From contig CALSCP010000486.1 of NCBI GenBank assembly GCA_943704425.1, positions 1-64,000 on the forward strand: a stretch of DNA of 64,000 nt. Reading direction: 5' to 3'. Made by a program: the position numbers and the translations under genes. Positions 52,201 through 64,000 of the stretch are shown one piece after another (the first letter of the stretch is position 1; each line of letters begins with the position of its first letter). The notes beneath the pieces are model-generated. The model had not been told where the DNA came from. It ran no database searches and saw only the letters and a program-made list of their open reading frames with translations. This DNA is from Ministeria vibrans ATCC 50519 (taxonomy: Eukaryota > Protista > Filasterea).

Positions 52201-54508
52201 TGAACTGGGCGATCTGAGCGGCAAGCACGGCAATTTGAACCTACCCGCAGCGCAGGGGGCGACCTGGCTCGACTGGAACCTGCCACTGTACGGCCGACAC
52301 TCGGTGGTGGGCCGCAGCATTGTGGTACACGACAGTGCGAGCAATCGCATTGCGTGTGCGTCGCTCTCGTACCCAGGCTCGATGGCCATGTCGTCGGCTA
52401 AGCTCATTGGACCTGCCATTGAGGGGGACATTGAGTTTCGTCAGTTGGCCGGGCGTCCATACGAGGACACATATATTTACGCATCACTCACTTTGGTGCA
52501 GGGCGCGACCACAACGACGGGCCACAACTGGCACATGCACACAAACAAGGCGGCCACAGACTCGGTCGATAGTAGCGCGTCGTCGCGCTGTCAGAGCGCC
52601 GGGGGTCATTACAGTCCGCTGCCGACGGGCACGTGCTCCATGAGTATGCCACACCAGTGCGAGGTGGGCGATCTTGCGGGCAAGCAGGGCCAGCTGTCGC
52701 TCTCGCCGTCGGGCTCGCTTGTGGTGCTCACCGACGTCGTGTCACCGCTGAGTGGTCTTTACTCACTGAACGACCGCTCGGTGGTCATCCACGACGCCAA
52801 CAGTGGCGCAGGGCGACTTGGTTGCTCGACGTTGTTCCAGGTGACCGATGGACTCGACTCGAGTGACTCAGACTCGTCTACGATTATTGTGTACGCTGCT
52901 GCGGGCGGCGGCGGCGCAATCCTCCTCATTCTTCTGCTCATCCTGTGTGTGGTCGGTCGCAGATGGATTTACCGTGTGTGCTGCTGCAACTCGTGTCGTT
53001 GCTGTCCGTGCGGTCGCCGTCGCCGCAGCAACTCCGCGTGGACTCCCAAGCAGCGAGGGATGTCATCGGAGCCACTCACGTTTGCTATGACGGACATGCC
53101 CAAGGCCAATGCACTCTACGAGAGCGGCAGCGTCTACGGCGGCGCCAAAATGGACGACGGCTACAGCACCAATGTGGATCCCATCTACGAAAACACAGGC
53201 GACATTTACTACGGCAAGGGCGCCGCCTCGGCTCCCGGTGACCACTACAGTACGCTCTTTTCCAACCAAGAGTCCGCGTTGCCGCGTCACGAGGTCCTAT
53301 ACGACTACGTACCGCAGAATGCGGACGAGTTGGAGTTGCGACTGGGCGATGCGGTGTGCGTGACGCAGCGGCAGGAGGACGGTTGGTTTGTCGGGCTCAA
53401 CACGCGCACCAAGGCACGCGGTGTGTTCCCCGGCAACTACGTTAATGTCGACGCACTGCCCGACGCCAATGCCAATGCAGCTGGTGCTGGTGCTTCTGAG
53501 ACCGGTAATGGTGTTGGTACAACGACTCTGAGTGAGACGGATCCCGTTATGGCGAGTCTGCTTGAGGAACGCGATCGTCTGCCGATCAAGCGTGAGCCGT
53601 CGCGTCCTCTCAAGCCACCTGCCATTGTGGCTGCCGAGCCTGTTCGTCCGCCCAAGCCCGCTGCGCGGCCCAACGGACACATGGGACCGTCCGCTGCGGC
53701 GCCCGTTGCTGCTACTGCTGCCAATGCTGCGACGCCCGCTGAACCGGGTGCTGCCGAGCCTGCTCCCACCTATGTGGCACGACCCGCGCCCCGTCCTGGA
53801 GCTGTTATGCAGAAGAAGGGCTCCAACAACATTCCATACAAGCCGCCTCCTCGGCCGGCTCCCAAGCCCTCACCCACAGCGTCGCCGTCCACGCCTGTAG
53901 TGCCTCAGCGGCCGTCACAGCCACAAGCCCCCCCGCGCAGCAGCTTTACTGAGCAGCCTAAGGCGACGGGGCGACCTCGTTCGCGTGTCATTGCTGCGCC
54001 CGACGCCGGCCTGTACGAGAGCGCTCGCACGCGGACCGGTGTGCCTCAGATTTCATGGGGTGCGGCTGCTGCCTCTTCTACTCATGCCAGCACCACCACC
54101 GCTGCTGCTGCTGCATCACCGTCCCGTCCAGCTCCGCCTCGTGCACCTTCCACTATGCCACCTCAGCCAGGGAAGCCTGCGCCTCGTCCTGCGAGTGTGC
54201 TCCCCCCGGGCGCTCGGCTCATGAGCGGACCTCCGCCTCCCGGTGCGGTTGTCATTCGCGGACCACCACCACCTGGTGCAGTGCTGGTGCGTGGACCTGC
54301 GCCAGGCGGCACGGCGATTCCCGTGCGCGGCCCTCCACCAGCAGGGCCTGGAGCCATTTCTATGATGCGTCCTCCTATGCACTCTCAGATGGCTGTGCGT
54401 CCGCCGCCCAGTGTTGTGCGGCCTCCGCCCCCAAGCGGAGTGCGTCCTCCAGGTCAAATTATCTACCCTCCTCCGAACCGCCTTCCCCCCGCGCCGCCGC
54501 CGGAGTGA
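44977..54508 (+). CDS. Type-I membrane protein: at least 14 Cu-only SOD domains + TM + Cys cluster + Tyr motifs + SH3 + Pro-rich tail
   Basis: Signal-peptide exon 44977-45055 splices in frame to 45522. Repeated WHVH..GGH(F/Y)(D/N)P..CE(V/L)GDLSGKHG..GRS(I/V)V(L/I)H..R.AC units. TM at ~52884-52955; SH3 (VLYDY..ADELEL..DGWF..GVFPGNYV) at ~53290-53445. N-gap at 47341-47439. Confidence 0.9.
49015..49285. repeat. (AAT)n/(TTA)n microsatellite in an intron of the SOD-repeat gene
   Basis: AT-rich triplet runs between the donor at ~48986 and the acceptor at ~49348. Confidence 0.95.
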
Positions 54509-54528
54509 GGGAGAAATTTTTTGAGTGA

Positions 54529-54532
<4 letters not shown>

Positions 54533-54610
<78 letters not shown>
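54533..54610. repeat. (GA)n microsatellite
   Basis: Near-perfect GA run just after the SOD-repeat gene stop codon; similar GA/CA tracts occur in many introns. Confidence 0.95.
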
Positions 54611-54614
<4 letters not shown>

Positions 54615-54908
54615 GAGGAGAAACAAATTGATTGATAGATAGATAGAGGGGTTACGTGCTGGCGCGTAAATTAAAAGGAAGATTTTCGACAATCATAATT
54701 ATGAGACTCTTCTAATCCATTTACACCGTAAAAGGATAATAATAATAATAATAATAAACAAGTACTCCATCTTTTTGGAGCTAGTCTATGGCGGAAAAGT
54801 TGTATTACTCTTCATTGTATTATATTTTCATCTTTTTTGTACTTTGAGTAAACTTTTGACTTCGTCGTTCAAATAATCATTAGATCAGATAATTCTGAAT
54901 AATTTGAC

Positions 54909-55961
54909 ATGAACGACCGAGATGCAGTGGTAATACCACCATTCCGGTTTTGTCTGGTTGAGCGGGGAGTGTTCCGTGGCGGCTATCCCATGAAAAAGGT
55001 TTGGCCCTCACTGTGTGTGCTCAACACAGTTCGCTCAACCTCTCCCTCTGCGAATGTAGAACTTTACGTTCATGCGGCGCCTGTCATTGAAGTACCTTGT
55101 CTCGTTGACACCATTGCCGCCCAACGACGACCTCACAGCCTTCTGCAACGACAATGGCATCAAAAACATACACATTCCCGTCGAGCACCACAAAGAAGAC
55201 ATCCTCCTGTCGCACGCCAAGGTACGCCACCGTCTCCCCGGCATCCCCCGCACTGACACACGGGGCTCTTTCGTCCCTGGGCAGGTTGCGCGCGTCCTCC
55301 CCATGCTGATCAACGCCGACCTGCATCCGCTCTTCCTGCACTGTCTCAACGGTGCGCGCGTCACCGGTCTTGTGGTCATGGTGCGACTCCCGCCTGCCCC
55401 CCTACCTCTCACCCTTGTCTCTTCTAGTGTCTCCGGAAACTCCAGGTGTGGCAAAATGCCGCGATTCATACGGAATTTTCTCGTTTCATCAAGTACGGAG
55501 CAAGACACTGTGTTGTTGGTGTTGTCTCACGAGCTTCTTTGTGTATTAGGAACTTTGTTCTTTCCACGGAAGAGTCGCGCTTTGTGTCTGCCTTTCGTCA
55601 CGACATTGACGTGCCGTACAATCAGCCCGAGTGGCTCTGGAAAGGTAAGTGCGCGAAGAACGGCACACTGTGATTGTTTCTTTCATTTGATACAAATTGC
55701 ACGTTAGGCTTGGGAAGGGGCGCAGTGCAGAGTACGCTGAAGATGAAGCTGCGGTTTGTGGAGCACGACGAGGAAGGGCGGGAGGACGACGAGACGGCGA
55801 GCCGGAAGCAGCGCGAGCGACAGCAGAGTGCCGTCGACCAGCGCCAGAGCGAAATCACAGCGCTGCTTGAAGGCTCGTCGGTGGGCCATGCACCACCCTC
55901 GCTGCATGTGATCAACGAATCGCCCTTGCTCAATGCGCTGGCCCTTGAAATTGGCCGATGA
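54909..55961 (+). CDS. SIW14/OCA-family (PFA-DSP) phosphatase-like protein, OCA6-like
   Basis: IPPFRF..VERGVFRGGYP..NF.FM..L.LKYLVSLTP, PLFLHCLNG..VTGLVVM|CLRKLQVW..I..EFSRF. Confidence 0.85.
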
Positions 55962-56171
55962 GATGTGATGATGTGTATCATAGTAACAATTGTGTACAAG
56001 TTCAGTAATGTTGGTGTAACGTGTTTGTTTGCTGTCGTCTGTCGATTTTATGGATTTGGGAGGATAGCTAGTAGTTTGATTAGTGTGGGGGTGTGTGATT
56101 GAAGGTCACATGAATGGGATCGGATTGAATAATAAATATTTTTCACACTTTTTCACATTTTTCGCAAAAGT

Positions 56172-56461
56172 ATGCTCACATACACTGCAGTGGAAGAAAT
56201 CGCCTCTGTGGCTGCCAAGGCGCGGGACACTTTTATGTCAGGCCGTACACGTGCGCTGGAGTGGCGACGGCAGCAGCTGAAGGCGCTCTTGCGTCTTTTC
56301 ACGGAACATGAAGCTGAAATTCTTGAGGCAACTATGCTACTTCAACCCGAAACGACCTTCCTACGCCCTGTTGGGCATCATCTGACACTCCTTTGTAGGC
56401 GGTCCACAAAGACTTGGGCCGTTGCAAGTTTGAGGGGTACTCGGCGGAAGTGGCGGGCGTG
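56172..56461 (+). CDS. Aldehyde dehydrogenase family 3, N-terminal exons only (rest lost in assembly gap)
   Basis: ARDTFMSGRTRALEWRRQQLKALLRLFTEHEAEILE|AVHKDLGR..FE...AEV is a typical ALDH3 N-terminus. Confidence 0.8.
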
Positions 56462-56462
56462 G

Positions 56463-56524
<62 letters not shown>

Positions 56525-56533
56525 NNNNNNNNN

Positions 56534-56542
56534 TAAGAATAA

Positions 56543-56590
<48 letters not shown>

Positions 56591-56598
56591 GAATAATA

Positions 56599-56644
<46 letters not shown>

Positions 56645-56733
56645 GAATAATAATAGTAATAATAATAATAATAATAAGAATAATAATAAGAATAATAATA
56701 ATAATACTAATAAAAATAATAATAATAATAATA
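56534..56733. repeat. (AAT)n microsatellite next to an N-gap
   Basis: Triplet run directly after the Ns at 56525-56533. Confidence 0.95.
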
Positions 56734-56756
56734 AGGTCGAGAGAGGAAGTGCACAC

Positions 56757-57446
56757 CGTTAGTTTCTGCTGTCCTTGGTCTGCGTTAAAATGAGCTTGGA
56801 TGAGAGGTCCAACTGCGTCCGAGAAGGTCTCCAAGTCCGGCCGCACAACAAGCGAAAAGGGAATCATACGATGAACATAGCGCGAGAAGGTCTTCTTGGA
56901 CGTCTCAACGTCGCAGAGGAACCGATGAACCAATGTTTCAACTGGAATGGTTTGGTCGCGGATATGAACACACACAATGCCGGTGACACAGGTGCGCGAC
57001 GGCTATACAGTTATGTGAATCATTACCAATTGTGATCATGCTCTCGCTCTCTCTTTTCTTACCACAAACCGCCGGTTTTGAGCACCCGAATTGGACGAGG
57101 ACTCTTTCAACGACTCCAGTTCGCGCTTGAGGTCTGCGTCAATGTCATCATCCGACGCGTCCTCTGCTGCATTCGCCTCTTCCCCAGTCGACGAAGACCC
57201 CTGCACCGCCTGTGGAGGGTACAACTCATTGGCAAACTGTACAGAGCGAGAGAGGAGAGATATAGAATAGAGTAAGAGAGACAGAGAGAGAAACCAAGTA
57301 TGTGTGTGTGCGTTTGTTGTGTGTGTGTGTGTTTATTTTGTGTTATTTTGTGTGTATGTATATATTATATATATTTATATATATATGTGTGTGTGTGTGT
57401 GTCTTTGTGGTAAATGTGTGTATCTCTGTAGTGTGTGTGTGTTTGT

Positions 57447-57496
<50 letters not shown>

Positions 57497-57820
57497 AGAC
57501 AAGACAAGACAGAGAACTCAATCTCTCGTACCTCTTCCAACACATCCGCCATCTCGCTCGCCGCCTTAAACTCACGCCCCTAAACCGCAAAATGTGCACA
57601 TGCATCTGATCCGGCTCCTGTCAGGCTCTCAAGACCCCTACCTTGTCGCAGGACAGCAGCACTCCGCGCGACTTGACGTTGATCTCCATATCAAGACGAT
57701 TCTACAACGACACCTAAGACACACACGTCCACGCACCCGGCGATCCTTTCCACTCACCTTCCCCCGACCGCCTCCACTACCGCCACTGCGAAACTTTTTG
57801 TATGGTCGTCGATCTGACAT
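56757..57820 (-). CDS. THUMPD1: THUMPD1/Tan1-like tRNA acetylation adaptor, N-terminal half (3' part lost in gap)
   Basis: Spliced RGVLLSCDK|GREFKAASEMADVLEE|FANELY..DDDIDADLKRELESLK..RRF|..PVETLVHRFL.D..SRYVHRMIP. Confidence 0.75.
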
Positions 57821-57948
57821 GCTGAAACGAATTGATATGAATTATGATTGATTTGACACTTTCACTTGATCACTTCACACACAGTCACACATACTTTCAC
57901 TTTCGTGTGCTTCATTTGGGTTCGTTTGTTGCACGCCATCTGTTTGTA

Positions 57949-60430
<2,482 letters not shown>

Positions 60431-60554
60431 CGGACGCGACTGCCCAATCAGATGTTTGTGTTTGTTGTGTTTTAAAATATGAAATGAAATAATTATACAG
60501 AAAATACGAATGATGAGAAAGGGAGGAAGGGAAAGGGACAACAGAACGAGAGAG

Positions 60555-60593
<39 letters not shown>

Positions 60594-61898
60594 TTAAAAG
60601 ACGACGCGGTAGCCGGGCCAGTCTGAAGGCGTCTTGCGGTCGTACTTCTCGACAAAGCGCAGGAGATGGACCGCAGCACAGTCGTTGGGACAGGTGTGCA
60701 CACACAACTCAAGGATCTCAGCTGCTTTGGACCAGTTCCCTTGGATGTATGCACCTACACACGACCAAAAAATAAGTGCCCTATCTCTCTCATTCCCCCC
60801 TCTACAAGTTCCTTTTCTTTCTCATTCCACTCTGTCTTTTACCTGAGCTCTGTTGGAAGAGCGATCGGTACTGCTTAATAGCATCGTATCCGCCTTCAAT
60901 CTCGCCATACATGCCCCCAAATGCTTTCTTGAAGTCCACACCCGCCTATACCACGCGACACACACATGACGAGAGTAAGGCGACTAATAATAAATATGAT
61001 CATGTACCTCAAAAGTGTGAGGATCCCACATATAAATGTCGACGGGTGTTGCAAGATGGGAGATGCGTAGACGGTCTACGCGACGGCACTACAAGAAAAG
61101 AAGAAAAAAAAAGTTTAAGAACAAAAAAATGACACTACTACAAAAAAAATATGTTTCGAGATACCATTGATTTGTAGTGGCTGGACAGAAGAGCAAAGAG
61201 ATCGGCGGTGAGGAGAATGGAGGCACCAAGGGGCGCCATGGCCTCGGCAAGGACATTGACGGCAAGGGCATGTGGCCCCACATAGGCGGCACTGGCCTTG
61301 ACGCGACTGCCTGCGCAGCCCTCGATAGCCCAGCCCGTGTGCAGCATGAAGCACCCACGCACACTAAACCCATCATGCTGTCGCCGCATCAGCCGCACCA
61401 CTCCCATATGCTCCTTGCCGAACCACTGTGACGTGCGACCTTCCGCCGCCAGATCAAGCTCCTCAATCACAAGTGAGCACGCCTCAATCGACTGGTCCGC
61501 CAAATTCACAGGCTACGTATGAAAAGTACATATAAATTATTATGTGCAAACCACCAATTATGAATGATTATGTGTTGCTCACCCTTGGACGACCAGCGAG
61601 TGCATTGAGGTCACCTGCGTGAACGCGACCATCGGCACGGGGCGCAACGGATTGCACGGACCGCAGCGACGCAGAGTTGTTGAAGTGCGACGCGGTGCTA
61701 AAGCGGGACTCGGGAAACCGACTTTCGCGTCGCAGTGACTCGTCGCCGGGCCACACCTGCAAAGAAACACCGCGATCCAATTCAACGACGTAGCAAGATT
61801 TTAAAAACAACACAACTGTTACACAAATTGACCACACTCGATCCTCATAAAGTACACCACTCCCCATCAATGGGCAGCTTCGAATCGTTACAAAACAA

Positions 61899-61952
<54 letters not shown>

Positions 61953-61994
61953 TGAGAACAATAATAATAATAATAATAATAATAATAAGATAAC

Positions 61995-62062
<68 letters not shown>

Positions 62063-62081
62063 GATAACAATAATAATAAGT

Positions 62082-62126
<45 letters not shown>

Positions 62127-64000
62127 AATAATAAGATAACAATAATAATAAGAATATAAGTATTGATGATATGGACATTATAATGGCGACAAAAATAAAT
62201 CAAAACAAATTCGTACGACGGAGGTGTTGAAGCCGGCGGTGATGGGGTAGCCGCCTGTGGATAGACACGACTCGTGGACAAGACGCGAGACAGAGTTGAT
62301 AAGGACCATGACCTTGCCACGCAGAGTGCTGGCCAATGCGTCGCACTGGTGCATGCGAAACTGACCAAGGATAGCGTTGATCTGGGTGCCTTGCGCCGTC
62401 GGCACAAACTGGCCCTTGGAGTCAACGGCGGAGCTTAGCACACGACCACCAGCACCAAGTCCCACGCCGATGGTCACCAGTGTCGACATGCGTTCAATGC
62501 CTTCCACCATGGTGTCCGACTCGCGACCGGCAGCCTCTGGTGTCGGCAGCGTACGTGCACTCGCCTCGAGCATAGCCACGGCACGCTTGCCCGCCTCGAT
62601 GCCCACGAAGCGAATCGACGAGCACTCCGTCACAATGGCAAGGGCCCGCTCAAACGGCTTGACACACGTTGCTCGCACATCAAAGCGCAACACACGCGCC
62701 GCCACAAACATAAAGACAATGAGACTCGTGGTCAGGCCGATGGAGAGTCCCGCCTCGCGGCGCATCTTGTCACGCGCCGAGAACCGTGACCACGACAACG
62801 TGTTGGCCGTCGATGGCCAGGCATAGGATAAAACCTCAAAATCACGCAACTCCGACACGTCAATCGTGCCGGAAAAGGGCACACCGCCTGTGCCGTTGAT
62901 GAACACGTCAATGAGATCGGACGCTGATGCGGCATACTGCGTGGCGCTTGTGGTGGCGATCGTAGCAGGCAGCAGCGAAAGAATCTCGAGAGCTTGCACG
63001 CGACTGGCGCTTGTCTGTTCGTAGTAGGGGTACAGAAATAAAGGGAAGACGACGGCGAGGATGGCAACGAAAATGACCACGCGACGCGACATGAGCTCGA
63101 GAACCCAGTCGCCCGTGCGTGTCTTGGGCATAAGGTCGCGCAAGGAGCGTTGGAAATCGTCGCTGTCGGCCGACAGGAGGCGATCAAAAGCCGACGATTC
63201 GGGTTCGTCGCTAATCTTGGTGGCAAGGGTTGGCGCATGAATCTTAGGCGATGCGCGCGAAGTGAGAACCTCAGTCGGTGCAAGGCCCGTCAGTGACGGC
63301 GCCACGTTTTTGGGCAACTCAACAGACATGAGTTGACTGCGTCGATGGACTGTGGGCGGCGCACCGCCGCCGTGTTCTCCGCCTGTAAACGCAATCATGG
63401 CCTGGCGAGCCGACTCGGGATCGACGTCTTCATCAAAGTCAAACATGTCCATTACAATGTTGTCCTTGAGATTGCCGTACGACGAGCCCACCCCGGCACC
63501 ATTGCCAGCGCCACTGCCAAGAACCGCGCCAGCGCTGCCCGATACCGCCGCGCCCCCGCTGCTCATAGCGGCAAGATTTCCCAGGGCTGCCGCCGAAAGA
63601 CGTTGCTTGCGCACGTGAGGGCCCTTGCTGAAGCAACAATCGAGGCAGTGGAGGGCACGCAGGGTGCGATACGCCTTGTTGGCCCAGCTAGCGGCGATGG
63701 TACCCGCGAGAGCAATGCCACCAGCGCGCACCACCTGTAGATCAATGAACATGTAGTGATCGTTGAAGAGCCACGGAAGGTCGCCAATGAGAGCGCAAGT
63801 GCCGAGTAAATCGACAAAAAACCAGAAGGAGCCAAAATACTTTTGTTTGCTCGCGAGCGAATGCAACACCATATCAACGGTAAATAGTGCAATGACCACC
63901 AGCAAAATGGCACCCCACGCGGTGTCTGCACTCCGACCAGAAGCAATCACAAACACGTCGCGAGTGTACAGCGCGAGAATGGTCAGTACAATCATGCCAC
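60594..64000 (-). CDS. Ion-transport(voltage-sensor)-like TM domain + class III nucleotidyl cyclase-like domain (Paramecium/Plasmodium ACalpha type), catalytically degenerate; 5' end outside window
   Basis: TM helices (LTILALYTRD..YFGSFWFFVDLLGT..DLPW), cyclase-like LHTGWAIEG..GS..K..A.Y..P, C-terminal YIQGNW.KA..L..PND..DWPGYR. Confidence 0.8.
61900..62160. repeat. (AAT)n microsatellite in an intron
   Basis: Long triplet run within the cyclase-like gene. Confidence 0.95.

Overview
Gene-dense, intron-rich eukaryotic genomic DNA: GT-AG introns full of microsatellites, GC-rich exons and four N-gaps. The mix of EGF repeats, FERM, SH2/SH3, a membrane tyrosine phosphatase, a Slo channel, calponin and filamin suggests a unicellular holozoan (choanoflagellate-like); this is inference. 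About 21 protein-coding genes were reconstructed by eye. Housekeeping genes: cytochrome c, UMP-CMP kinase, regucalcin, SLC25A39/40, eIF2A, HMG-CoA synthase, THUMPD1, CWC27, OCA6-like and a partial ALDH3. The standout is a ~9.5 kb gene (44977-54508) for a type-I membrane protein with at least 14 tandem Cu-only SOD domains outside the membrane and a Cys cluster, Tyr motifs, SH3 and Pro-rich tail inside, i.e. a candidate superoxide/copper-sensing receptor. Other unusual architectures: a FERM + 4xC2H2 zinc-finger fusion, SH3 + degenerate RhoGAP + degenerate RasGAP, SPIN90 with SH3-SH3-SH2, a membrane-anchored filamin/coiled-coil protein, and a voltage-sensor/adenylyl-cyclase protein that has lost its catalytic residues. 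There is also a small dispersed poly(A)-tailed repeat family. All domain calls come from motif recognition, not database searches, and exon boundaries are manual predictions.
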